DNA from: Blastocatellia bacterium
Lineage (GTDB): Bacteria; Acidobacteriota; Blastocatellia; Pyrinomonadales; Pyrinomonadaceae
Direction of reading: 5' to 3'
DNA length: 64,000 nucleotides
Assembly: GCA_033856915.1 (NCBI GenBank)
Contig: JAWVEB010000002.1
Coordinates: 24,672-88,671 of the forward strand
The translations under genes and the position numbers were made by a program. This document shows, piece after piece, positions 28,854 through 38,804 of this stretch (position 1 is its first letter; every line of letters starts with the position of its first letter). The notes under the pieces were generated by a model, which saw nothing but the letters and a program-made list of their open reading frames with translations, made no database searches and was not told the origin of the DNA.

Positions 28854-31800
28854 TTAGTTTTGCTTGGAAGGAGCTTCCAACTGTCTCAACAGAATCGTGT
28901 CGACAGTATCTTTCTCGATTTTCTCAGCAAGCTCCTGGTATCTTTTCTTTGCCTCCTCAAAGAACCCCCATTTGGCATACTCATAAACCAATGAAAGCCT
29001 TGAGTTCATATCTGATTGAGGTATCTTCTGCCAGTTATGATCGAGTTCGGACCTCAACGAAGTGATATCGATGGCTACCAGCCACGAGTTTTGCGCCTGG
29101 TGAAGAATTGTTAGATTTTCGTCACCACGATTTTTGATAAACGCGGTGAGCGAGCTGTCTACGATCTTAACGCAACCACCCTTACTCGGCTGGGGGTCAG
29201 CGCACGGCAAGGCCGCTTTATTCCAAATCAAGGAACCATCGGAGCCGTGCCACGCGGCAACCCATTCCCCGCCTTTCATGAAATCGTCCTTGTGGCCGAC
29301 GCGCGCCTCGCTTCGGACAATTGAACCGTCCTTTGTCTCGACTTCGAAAAACAGATACCCAGAGTCGGCATAAGCTCTTTTCACAACGGCATCACTAATC
29401 GACAAGTGTTGGCCGACTGACACGGCCCCGTTCTTAGTCTCGACGAAATTCCAGAAGTGAAGATTGCTACCGTCGCGCTGGAATAACGGTTTTCTCGTCG
29501 GACTTAAAAGCAAGCCCCTATCACGGGCCGCCTCCAAAAATCCTTGCTTAACCCCGAGCAAGACGCCTCCGTGCATATGAATCGATTGAGTGTGCGGAAT
29601 AATGCCGATCTCCGCCCCGCCTTCACCGCCGCCTGACGATTGGAGTTTGCGAGCCCCGCCGATCATGGGCCGCAAGTAGCCACCTGAGCAATCAGCGATT
29701 TTTCTTGCTAGGTCGTTCATCCAGGAATCAATGAAAGGATACTTGTCGGGTGGAATAACCCATTCACCCTTTATTTCGTCAAACCTCAGGCCGTTTGCGG
29801 GAAAATCAGACACGTGCGCGTTCCAATATGGATCGATACATCTTACGGAACCAGCGATCTCGGCAAAATTAACGTGCACAAATTCGACGAGCTTGCGGCC
29901 GGCGAACCCTCGTTGTAGTTGAACCCACACGCGTGGTTCGGTTTGAATACCCGAAGTCCAATCCGGGACCTGATAGTCGGAGGCCACTCTTTGAGGAGCT
30001 AAACTGTCGCGGCACGCGCCGGTGCAGGTTAAGCCGTTATCCCGAGCCCAGCGGACAAAGTTCTGAATTTCGGCCAACTCCCGTAATTGACTGAGCACGG
30101 CGAGAGTTGTTCGGCCGCTATTTGCTGCCTGTTGCAGATAAGCGGCTACACGTTTGCTTTCGCCGCACCAACGCCCTCTGGGTTCGTCCACGAGATCTCC
30201 CGCCTGCATTTTCATCGCTTCCGAACGCGCAATGACTGCGTCTCCTGCGAACCTTATGGCGTTGGAACCCTTGTCGACCTCGAAGCGTTGCTCGCCACTG
30301 GTCCAGTACAAGCGACACCATCTTTGCTGGTAAGGAACCGTAGCGCCCGTGCCGGGCGAGTCTTCCGACACTCTGCCGGCAACAGCATCGACAAACGGGC
30401 TGGCCCTGCCGGTCAGGACATTAAAACCCAGGCTCGCGGACTTAAATGCTACGTCCGATTCCCATAGTATTCTGCCGATTTCCGAGTTTTCGATATCGCC
30501 CGCCGTCACCACCTCATGCGTTCGAAGTCCGACGCCGGTAACACCGCCACCGTACTTTAGCTTATCGGACGGGACTTGTCGCAAACCTCGATTGAAGTTA
30601 TGCAGGAATTCTTTCGTGGGGTTAATGCTCAAATAGAAAGAATCGATCCGCCGGTCATATACGCGCGTCCAAATCTCAGAGAACAGCCGACCCGGCGAGA
30701 AAGGCAGCTCGTACGATGTTCCGCCCGCGCCAATCACACAATACCGCGTGCCACAAACTTGAAGGTTCCCTCCTAAGAGTTCACTCGCTTCTCCAACGGG
30801 AAACAATTTGTTTCCCCGAAGGAATACCATCCCTCCCCGCGGGATCGGCTCTGCCGGGTTGAGCGGAGGCTTGAACGTAGTACCCGGCACTCGTCGGGTC
30901 GGCCTTGAACCGGTAACGCGAGGCCGCGTCAAAAGTCTCGAGAGTTCGTCCTCACTGGTCACAAGATCCGGCTGCAGTACATCTAGAGATCCAATTGGAC
31001 TCGAAAAAGAGACGACGATCTCTTTGGCCTTATCGGCATTTGTGCCGAGCATTCGAAGTTGCTGAAGTATGCCCTGTGCTTCAGCTTTCGTCAGACCGGT
31101 GCGCGATTCGGGCGCGTCACTGTCCCTCTCGATCCTGACGGCTACGCTCATTCCGGTTAGATCATTGGTGGCCGAAAGATTAGAGGCGAATACTTTGTGA
31201 TTCTGGAGCGTGTTAGGTCCATCGTTCCCGTACGAGACCGCCCCCAATTCGAAATCCGCCGGAAGTATCGAACCGTTCGCGCGAATATCCGCCTCAAACA
31301 ACTTTCCGGCTCCGCCTCTTTGCGGTGTTGTTATCGAAGGTCCTTTGACGTCCTCACCCATCATCATCTTCTCTATTATGGCGAGGTCTCCGAGGTCTTC
31401 CTTGTTTCCCCGGGATTCGGCCCTGACTCGGTTCTGCGCCACAAAGAGTGCATAGCTGTCTTTGTCGGCGGCCGTAAACTCGACGGACCTCACTCCCTTC
31501 GAATCAAACACAACATCCCCAACCGAGCCGGTAAATATCACGTTATCATTGCCAAGTTGCTCCATCAGTTTTCGAAGGATCGATGGTGATGGGTGCCCAT
31601 ACCTGTTCTCGGGGTTGACGGCAATCACCGCATAGCGCGGTCTCAAGCTGAGGAGCGGTTCGATGTCGTGGTATTTGGAACCGTGGTGGGGAACGACGAA
31701 AACAGTAATGCGATTAACGCCGCGACCTTTCAGTGTTTCAGCGACTTTCGCGATCACGTTTGAATCAGCATCATCAGGATCAAGGATGACTGTGTCTCCA

Positions 31801-32393
31801 AGCTTTATCAAGGTGACCACAGCTCTGCCGTGGACTCCCGGTTTCGCGGCAATCTGATAAGGAATAGTCTCGATGTTAACGTCATCTGCTTTGCTGGAAA
31901 TGCCGGCAAAAGCATTGCGGCCACTTGCGCTAAGGTAATTGGTTCTTATGAGCGTGTTGCCGCCCATCGCTTGCTTCAATAGTGGGTACAAGCCATTTGG
32001 CACTCCGTCGTCAATTACGGAGATTGACTTGAACTTCGGATTCGTCCACTCCTTATCGCGAAAGAACACACCCGGATTTTTGAATAAAGCCCGAATCCCT
32101 CCCATGTGATCTGAATGCGGGTGAGAACAGACAAAGAAAAGATCTTCAATTCCCAATCCTGACAACTTGTCGAGTATTGGGACGTTGTCGATTTTTATTT
32201 GATCACCATCTCCGCCGCGTCCCAAGTCTACGACGTATGCCGCTTTCTTCTTTTCATCGATGGCGACGCTGGCCTGGCCTTCCCTTTGCAGCGAAGGGTA
32301 GATCACCTCGCTCGCTATTAGGTTCGACCCGAATAGCAGTAAACAGAGTGTGAGGATGCAGACTCTAAATGCCCAAAGCCATTTGCTCAGCAC
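28854..32393 (-). CDS. large secreted protein: N-terminal ComEC-like metallo-beta-lactamase fold + ~850 aa of unknown domains
   Basis: The likely start is the GTG at 32393, after AAGGAG (the track ORF extends to 32576). The signal/TM segment is WLWAFRVCILTLCLLLFGSNLIA. MBL motifs are FFVCSHPHSDHMGG and VFVVPHHGS. I do not recognise the rest. Confidence 0.75.
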   Translation of the reverse strand: MLSKWLWAFRVCILTLCLLLFGSNLIASEVIYPSLQREGQASVAIDEKKKAAYVVDLGRGGDGDQIKIDNVPILDKLSGLGIEDLFFVCSHPHSDHMGGIRALFKNPGVFFRDKEWTNPKFKSISVIDDGVPNGLYPLLKQAMGGNTLIRTNYLSASGRNAFAGISSKADDVNIETIPYQIAAKPGVHGRAVVTLIKLGDTVILDPDDADSNVIAKVAETLKGRGVNRITVFVVPHHGSKYHDIEPLLSLRPRYAVIAVNPENRYGHPSPSILRKLMEQLGNDNVIFTGSVGDVVFDSKGVRSVEFTAADKDSYALFVAQNRVRAESRGNKEDLGDLAIIEKMMMGEDVKGPSITTPQRGGAGKLFEADIRANGSILPADFELGAVSYGNDGPNTLQNHKVFASNLSATNDLTGMSVAVRIERDSDAPESRTGLTKAEAQGILQQLRMLGTNADKAKEIVVSFSSPIGSLDVLQPDLVTSEDELSRLLTRPRVTGSRPTRRVPGTTFKPPLNPAEPIPRGGMVFLRGNKLFPVGEASELLGGNLQVCGTRYCVIGAGGTSYELPFSPGRLFSEIWTRVYDRRIDSFYLSINPTKEFLHNFNRGLRQVPSDKLKYGGGVTGVGLRTHEVVTAGDIENSEIGRILWESDVAFKSASLGFNVLTGRASPFVDAVAGRVSEDSPGTGATVPYQQRWCRLYWTSGEQRFEVDKGSNAIRFAGDAVIARSEAMKMQAGDLVDEPRGRWCGESKRVAAYLQQAANSGRTTLAVLSQLRELAEIQNFVRWARDNGLTCTGACRDSLAPQRVASDYQVPDWTSGIQTEPRVWVQLQRGFAGRKLVEFVHVNFAEIAGSVRCIDPYWNAHVSDFPANGLRFDEIKGEWVIPPDKYPFIDSWMNDLARKIADCSGGYLRPMIGGARKLQSSGGGEGGAEIGIIPHTQSIHMHGGVLLGVKQGFLEAARDRGLLLSPTRKPLFQRDGSNLHFWNFVETKNGAVSVGQHLSISDAVVKRAYADSGYLFFEVETKDGSIVRSEARVGHKDDFMKGGEWVAAWHGSDGSLIWNKAALPCADPQPSKGGCVKIVDSSLTAFIKNRGDENLTILHQAQNSWLVAIDITSLRSELDHNWQKIPQSDMNSRLSLVYEYAKWGFFEEAKKRYQELAEKIEKDTVDTILLRQLEAPSKQN

Positions 32394-32682
32394 TTTCTTC
32401 TCCTTCCGCAGTGAGGCGCGCCAAACTAGAACCGAAGCCCTACAATTTGAATGCCGAAATTGTTTAATCTGTTTCGCATGATGCCAGCGAGGTGGCAACG
32501 TTGAAATGTGAACGACTCTTGAGCGATTGAATCCTACGCCAAGCATTTCTTGGCCGTCAATAACAAAACACACCAAAAAAACATGGTCATTTGAGGTGCG
32601 CTGAGGGGAACAGCTCTCGTGCCAAGGATCGTTCGGATCAGCGAAAAACGCGGTTCGTACCGCTGCGTTATTGAGAGGATTC

Positions 32683-32814
32683 GTAGGCGCGTGGGGATTT
32701 GAACTCCGGACCCCTACGTGTTAACGCAGTCCCCAGTCACCTCGCATAGCACGTAATCGTTTCTGTCGCTATAGACTGGATCGAAGCGGCTAGAAAAGTC
32801 ACGTACCGCTGTAC
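32683..32814. repeat. direct repeat copy B (degenerate tRNA-Val-like 3' fragment + atcgaagcggctagaaaagtcac block)
   Basis: It reads gtaggcgcgtggggatttgaactccggacccctacgtgttaa. Compared with copy A, the T-stem is broken by 2 substitutions, there is a 1-nt deletion, and there is no CCA. Confidence 0.7.
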
Positions 32815-34192
32815 AGATTAATTGAGGCGTAAGCGTAGTCTGCCGAAAGATGCCTTGCTCGGACGGGCGCGTTTCACGTTCCTTATTATGTGGTGGCTCG
32901 CCGGCCTCAACTCGGGACTACGATTCAAAAATCGTGGGTTTGCGGCGTGCCGGCGCCTATGACCTTTGTGACGACATTTACCGACATTTCCTGCGGAACG
33001 CAGCCCGTTGCTTTTGCAGCTGCACACACCTATTACCTGTTTCGGTTTAAGACCGCCGACACAGTTTTCTCCGCAGTGAATTCTTCCTAATCGTTCATCA
33101 ACCCAATTTTGACAGATCCGGCTCCGCTGGTAGGACCCGAATACGATCAACACTTGTCTAATGTTTTCGCACTATTCTGCATTTTGTTGAGGATTCTGCT
33201 CGGTTGGTGTTTGACGCCGTTTTACACTCTCTACACCCTTAGCACCCCATTGTGCCTTAGTTGTGACAGGCATTGAAGACCGTTATAAACCGTTACATCT
33301 ATCACATCCTCTACGAGGCGGCCGAGTCATAGGCAAGACATCCTTCAGGTCCATTTGGTAAAAATGGCGCGCACAACTTCAGCAACTAAGTCTCTGCTTT
33401 CGCGCAGGCTCCGGCATCTATTCGGCAAAACCAGATCGTCATCAATTAGGACATCCGTCGACACTCTCACTGAGCGCGCATATCTTAACAGTACCGGCGC
33501 GGGGGTTCTCGCGTTCCCAACTCATAGCCCGAGATAGCCGCTTCCTGTAACGAATTATGTGTGACGATGCGATTCGAGCAGCCGACTGTGCATGCTCTTA
33601 CTTGGACACTGATCTGGAGCGACGAGTCTAATGGTTCCGGCCGCGTGGGTGCGGACTGGATATATGACGAGGGCTCGGGGTTTTGGCTGCTCACTTTGTC
33701 CCGCCAGTTGGGCACCGGTGAAGTCGAGACGATGAGCAGTGGTTACAGTGACGAGACCTGCCAATAATACCAGGGTCTTTGGTTTAAAAAGCGGAAATGT
33801 CTTGTACTGGTTTGCCATATATAAATGATAAAGCTTTCAATGAAACTTGGCTGAATTCCCACGAGTCGCTGCTTCCTGCATACGTGCCCGATCCAGCCAC
33901 TTCAGCTCAAAGGAGAAAGACCTATGGCAGGGGCGGAAAACCGATTTTCGATAAGGACTACGGTGCAAAGAAGACGATCACGGTCCATTTACCCGTGGGT
34001 GCGGGGCCGGATCTATAAGGAAATCCTCACCGACCGGTAGCTCCTGAAAAGGAGGTGGGGGCGTCCGAAGCCCCTGCCTCGTAAATTTTTGTCCTCTACT
34101 TATGCAATTGGCAACCTTGGGAAAAGTTCGATGCTCGCCCAACTCTCCGAAGATCAGGCGCTCGCGCTTGTCGAACAATTCTCACGCATTGG

Positions 34193-35176
34193 GTGAGCTC
34201 GTCGCTAACCAGCGGCATTAAACCGCACCCTCCCATCAGGAGTTGCAAGAGCGTTTGGCTGTTACCGCTGGAGACGATCAGCGTTCGAAGCGAAACTGGA
34301 ACTATTGCAGTGGCTATAACCAGAAACTTTTCAGTAACCACGGATATCTCGTTGCTGCCCGAAATTGCGAACTCGCTCGGAGTTCACCTTGCCGCAAAGT
34401 TACAGGGCTTTGCCTCCGATGAGCGCACACTAACTGATGAGTTTTGCGACATGATTTGCATTTGGGCCACGCATGGTCATTTCATGACTGCAAAGTCTCA
34501 ATCTGCGGGCTCCACAACCCCTATCGTTCTCGATATTGAAAAGGTTTCCTCCCAACGTGAAATAGTAGTTGGAGCGGATCTCGAGTTCATAGTCCGCTCG
34601 CCACTGGGAGCCAAGCGCGTACTGGCCCAGGCGAAGGTCCTGGATCCACAAAGTCTCAAGTTGCGCTGTGACTTCGTAGCGGGCTGGGAAAAATTGCGAG
34701 TGCAACTCGCTAAGTGTCGAGCGCATGCCGGACCGTTGGCCTATTTATTGGTCTATGTTCCCGAAGGCGAATTGAATGGGATGAGGTACACGTTCGAGAC
34801 TTGGGAGCAGCATTCTGTTACCCGGCGATCCGGTGCGGATTCGCGATTCGGAGCAACATTTATTGATGTTGATAAGCTGCTCGACAAAGACGACTCTTGG
34901 TCGAACAAACCACCTCTGAGTTACCTTGGCGCCGGACGATTCCGACCCGCTGGCGTGAGTTTCACACAGCTTATGCTGGAATTGTTAACGTGTGCGCGTG
35001 GTGTTTGGAGTTTGACCTCCCCTTCTTTGTCCAAGTCGAGCGTAGGGCGCGGCGACGATGAGCGGGGACCTTACCGCGTCTTGGACATGAATATCGGCGG
35101 GGTAGAACGCAGCGCTTGGGTAGAAACGCTGGTTCCATATCTCCGGGGAATCCTCAACGAAGTCGGCGAGGGTTGA
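34193..35176 (+). CDS. hypothetical protein (start uncertain); weak restriction-endonuclease-like D...QxK pattern
   Basis: It is a long ORF, first of four co-directional genes. The segment VVGADLEFIVRSPLGAKRVLAQAKVLD could be a PD-(D/E)xK-like core. That is only a guess. Confidence 0.45.
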   Translation: MSSSLTSGIKPHPPIRSCKSVWLLPLETISVRSETGTIAVAITRNFSVTTDISLLPEIANSLGVHLAAKLQGFASDERTLTDEFCDMICIWATHGHFMTAKSQSAGSTTPIVLDIEKVSSQREIVVGADLEFIVRSPLGAKRVLAQAKVLDPQSLKLRCDFVAGWEKLRVQLAKCRAHAGPLAYLLVYVPEGELNGMRYTFETWEQHSVTRRSGADSRFGATFIDVDKLLDKDDSWSNKPPLSYLGAGRFRPAGVSFTQLMLELLTCARGVWSLTSPSLSKSSVGRGDDERGPYRVLDMNIGGVERSAWVETLVPYLRGILNEVGEG

Positions 35177-35244
35177 GGTAGGATCTATGCCAAGTAGCCT
35201 GCCGATAACGGAGGACTCAACGACGGTCTAAGAAGCGAATCACT

Positions 35245-36768
35245 ATGGCTACAGATCACACCCCTCCCTCTACGCAGATAACGGGCTCTATGCTGTACGA
35301 CCTCGTTGCCTGCCCTCATCGTGTAACGATGGACTTGCTAGGCAATCCTGCCGAACGCGACGCAGTTAGCCCGTTTGTTCAGTTACTTTGGGAGCGTGGT
35401 GCAGCGCACGAGAAGGCAGTCGTCGGAGGAATCGGCGACCCTTATCTTGATCTCTCTTCGTATGAAGGCCCCGAGAAAGAGCGACTGACTCTACAAGCAA
35501 TGGATCGTGGTGAGCCACTCATCTACAGCGGCCGCATTAGTAGCGACGACTTGCTTGGTGAGCCCGACTTACTGCGACAGGAGGGTCGTGATTATGTTGC
35601 CGGCGACATCAAGTCGGGTGCGGGGGAGGAGGGCGCTTCGCACGAGCATCAGGGAAAGCCGAAAGTACATTACGCAGTGCAACTCGCTCTCTACACCGAC
35701 ATTCTGGAGCACCTCGGCCGCTCGGCTGGTCGCAAACCATTCGTGTGGGACATCCATGGCGCAGAGATTCCTTATGATTTGATGGCGGCTAAGGGTAAGA
35801 AGAATCCGCGTCGGCTTTGGGATGATTATGAGACATGCTTGAGTACCGCGCGCAAAATTGTGAACCGCACACTTGAAACTCTGCCCGCCTACAGTACGAG
35901 TATCTGCAAGAACTGTGTGTGGTACTCGACCTGTATAAGAAAGTTGGAAGCGACAAACGACCTCACATTGATTCCCGAGTTGGGTCGCTCGAAGCGCGAT
36001 GCCATGATGGGAAGGATAAGCTCTATCCGTGAGCTGGCATCAATAAATGAGGCCGATTTTCAGGGTGAGGGGAGAATTGCGGGCATTGGTCATTCTACTC
36101 TCGTAAAGATGCAGGAACGTGCCAAGTTGCTCAATTCAGAAGACCCAAGGCCTTATCTGACTGCCGCAATAAACCTGCCACTGGAAGATAAGGAATTGTT
36201 CTTCGACATTGAAGTAGACCCGTGGCGTGAGTTCTGTTATCTGCATGGTTTCATAGAGCGACAAAACGGCGACAACGAAACCGAGCAGTTTGTTGGATTT
36301 TTCGCTGACGCTTTGACACCAGAAGCGGAGAAACAGGCGTTCGCCCAGGCGCTGCAATACATCAAGGAGTCTCAACCTTGTGCCATCTACTACTATTCAA
36401 AATACGAACGAACGATCTACCGCAATTTGTGCAAGAAGTATCCTGATGTCTGCGCTCCGGCACAGATCGAGGATATCTTCGACCCAGCACATTCAATCGA
36501 TCTATATAACGACGTAGTGAAGAAGGCAACGGAGTGGCCGACGCGAGACTTTTCGATTAAGACGCTGGCCCAATATCTCGGCTTCAAGTGGAAGGACCCT
36601 CACCCTTCTGGAGCCGCCTCAATCGAATGGTTTTATCGCTGGAGTGAAAGCGGTGATCCTGAGGTCCGGGAGCGGATCCTCAAGTACAATGAAGACGATT
36701 GCCGCGCGACTCGAGTCCTACTGGATGGCATCAAAGGACTATCAATACCCCATCGCACGCGGACTTAA
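35245..36768 (+). CDS. RecB/Cas4-like PD-(D/E)xK nuclease fused to an RNase H-like exonuclease domain (TM0106-family type)
   Basis: The N-terminus is MLYDLVACPHRV. The nuclease core is GEPDLLRQEG..YVAGDIKSG. The Cys cluster is ICKNCVWYSTC. The C-terminal part is FFDIEVDPW...YLHGF...YSKYE...YNEDDCRAT. Confidence 0.75.
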   Translation: MATDHTPPSTQITGSMLYDLVACPHRVTMDLLGNPAERDAVSPFVQLLWERGAAHEKAVVGGIGDPYLDLSSYEGPEKERLTLQAMDRGEPLIYSGRISSDDLLGEPDLLRQEGRDYVAGDIKSGAGEEGASHEHQGKPKVHYAVQLALYTDILEHLGRSAGRKPFVWDIHGAEIPYDLMAAKGKKNPRRLWDDYETCLSTARKIVNRTLETLPAYSTSICKNCVWYSTCIRKLEATNDLTLIPELGRSKRDAMMGRISSIRELASINEADFQGEGRIAGIGHSTLVKMQERAKLLNSEDPRPYLTAAINLPLEDKELFFDIEVDPWREFCYLHGFIERQNGDNETEQFVGFFADALTPEAEKQAFAQALQYIKESQPCAIYYYSKYERTIYRNLCKKYPDVCAPAQIEDIFDPAHSIDLYNDVVKKATEWPTRDFSIKTLAQYLGFKWKDPHPSGAASIEWFYRWSESGDPEVRERILKYNEDDCRATRVLLDGIKGLSIPHRTRT

Positions 36769-36821
36769 ACTTTTGTGCACGAAACATGGTGAGCCTTCAC
36801 AAACCTCAGGAGGTGCGGACA

Positions 36822-38783
36822 ATGCCAAATACCCGACGAAACCCGGGTGGTTCCAGTACAACATCCACGCCGAATATTAATACCAGCGGAACGTCTTCGC
36901 ACCTATCTTCAGAGCCGTCACGTCCCACCCATCGTCTACTACGCGGATACGCGTTTGACCCGAGCATGGCCACCCAGCTTGAGACAGCCCTAGTTAGCGA
37001 AATCATGTACAAGATCCCTTGGGAAGATCTCCATCCCGGTCCGGTTGGCGAGTACGTTGAGGTGGTGGACTACGATCCGCCCAGCGGCTGCTTTTATGTA
37101 CCGGTGGATCTGAATGACGCACGGGTGCTAGCCCAAAACGGCTTAGCACCTTCCGAAGGAAATCCTCAGTTTCACCAGCAGATGGTCTACGCCGTCGCCA
37201 TGACCACAATAGACCGCTTTGAGCGAGCGCTGGGCCGCAAGGCATTTTGGACAGATCACTATGAGCGGCAAAGCAGGCCGACGCCTGACCAGTTTGTGCG
37301 GCGCTTGCGCATCTACCCACACGCTCTGCGAATGGCCAACGCGTATTACAGTCGAAGGAAGGGAGCGCTGCTCTTTGGATATTTCCCGGGCACTGAGGAT
37401 CGCACCTCAGGTCAGTTCCCGGGCGGCATGGTTTTCACCTGTCTCTCGCATGACGTCGTGGCCCACGAAACCACGCATGCGCTGCTTGACGGTTTTCATG
37501 AGCACTTTATGGAAGCGACGAATCCTGACGTGCTTGCATTTCACGAAGCCTTTGCCGACATCGTGGCGCTATTTCAGCATTTTACTTTCGCCGAGGTACT
37601 CGCGCACCAGATTGCAAAAACCCGCGGGGACCTCCAAAGCGAGAACCTGTTGGCTCAGTTAGCATCTCAGTTTGGTCATGCGCGCGGAACTCACGGTGCA
37701 TTGCGAGATGCCATTGGCAAGTACGATGAAGTGAGCAAGAAGTGGATCAAACACGAACCGGATCCAACCGAACTGGATCAAACTATGGAAGTTCATGGGC
37801 GTGGCGCGATTCTGGTGGCAGCTGTGTTCGACGCTTTCTTATCGATCTACAAAAACCGATCCCGCGACCTGCTTCGCCTTGCTAGTGGCGGTACCGGAGT
37901 GCTTCCTCAGGGAGAACTTCATCCTGACCTGGTGAACCGTCTGGCCCAAGAAGCGGCCAAGTCCGCTGGCCACGTGCTGAACATGTGTTTCCGGGCTCTG
38001 GATTATTGTCCGCCGGTCGATCTGACGTTCGGTGATTACCTACGTGCACTGATTACTGCGGATCTGGATTTGATGCCGGAAGACGAGCATCGATACCGCG
38101 TCGCATTTATCGAGGCATTCCGTCGTCGCGGTATTTATCCGCGTGACGTACGCACTCTTTCGGAAGATAGCTTGAGGTGGGCACGGCCCGGTGAGGATCC
38201 CACTCTGCCGCCAGGTGAAATGGAGGAAAGGCTCAGACATTTCATTAAGGACATTCGCTTGCGCAGCCAGGTCGACAAACTACGGTACTTGAGAACCCGG
38301 CGGGAGATCTGGGATGCGACCCGACTAATCAAAATTGATCTGCATGAAGGGATTAGTTCGCAGGTAGTCAAAGCCGAGATCCTGCAGAGGCTCACCGGCC
38401 TCGCGTTAGCCGAGTATCAGGCGCCTTCTGGCGTGAAGGTACACCGTGACGGCGTACCCGTTTTTAGTGTTCAGGCGATACGTGAGGCGCGGCGAGAGCG
38501 AGGAGACGGACGGGTGCTCAACCAGGTATTCATAACCATTCTTCAAAAAATGAGGATGGAGCACGAGGGTCAGATGCACACTATCCGCTGCGGCAGCATC
38601 CTGGTCCTCGATCTCGACGAACAACGGATCAGCTACGTCATCCGTAAAGGGCTCCATGATCAGGAGCGTCTTCTGGGAATCATCCAATTTCAAGACAGCC
38701 AAGCTTCGACGTCGTCCCTGAGCGCTACGTATTTTGGCGCGAGCAACGAACCCTTTGCGGCCCTTCACAATATGGGTGCCTGA
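36822..38783 (+). CDS. cytoplasmic thermolysin-like (gluzincin) metallopeptidase homologue
   Basis: The ATG at 36822 follows AGGAGG by 8 nt (the track ORF starts at 36699). Zinc motifs are VVAHETTHALLDG and, 24 aa later, AFHEAFADIVALF (HExxH + ExxxD spacing as in M4). No signal peptide is present. Confidence 0.7.
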   Translation: MPNTRRNPGGSSTTSTPNINTSGTSSHLSSEPSRPTHRLLRGYAFDPSMATQLETALVSEIMYKIPWEDLHPGPVGEYVEVVDYDPPSGCFYVPVDLNDARVLAQNGLAPSEGNPQFHQQMVYAVAMTTIDRFERALGRKAFWTDHYERQSRPTPDQFVRRLRIYPHALRMANAYYSRRKGALLFGYFPGTEDRTSGQFPGGMVFTCLSHDVVAHETTHALLDGFHEHFMEATNPDVLAFHEAFADIVALFQHFTFAEVLAHQIAKTRGDLQSENLLAQLASQFGHARGTHGALRDAIGKYDEVSKKWIKHEPDPTELDQTMEVHGRGAILVAAVFDAFLSIYKNRSRDLLRLASGGTGVLPQGELHPDLVNRLAQEAAKSAGHVLNMCFRALDYCPPVDLTFGDYLRALITADLDLMPEDEHRYRVAFIEAFRRRGIYPRDVRTLSEDSLRWARPGEDPTLPPGEMEERLRHFIKDIRLRSQVDKLRYLRTRREIWDATRLIKIDLHEGISSQVVKAEILQRLTGLALAEYQAPSGVKVHRDGVPVFSVQAIREARRERGDGRVLNQVFITILQKMRMEHEGQMHTIRCGSILVLDLDEQRISYVIRKGLHDQERLLGIIQFQDSQASTSSLSATYFGASNEPFAALHNMGA

Positions 38784-38804
38784 TACTACGGAGCAATAAC
38801 GATC

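Noticed and set aside
32818-33153. 111-aa ORF with Cys/His/Arg-rich stretch (CGENC...CSCKSNGL...HRRRHAAN), a possible TnpB/IS605-type zinc-finger remnant
   Set aside because: The resemblance to the C..CG...DRD.NAA.NI end of TnpB is loose and would need frameshifts. No RuvC motifs or IS ends were seen. It is not reported as a mobile element.
33355-33537. Short ORF with RLRHLFG, reminiscent of the tyrosine-recombinase HxLRHxF box
   Set aside because: It is a single short motif with no catalytic R..HxxR..Y context. That is insufficient to call an integrase relic.
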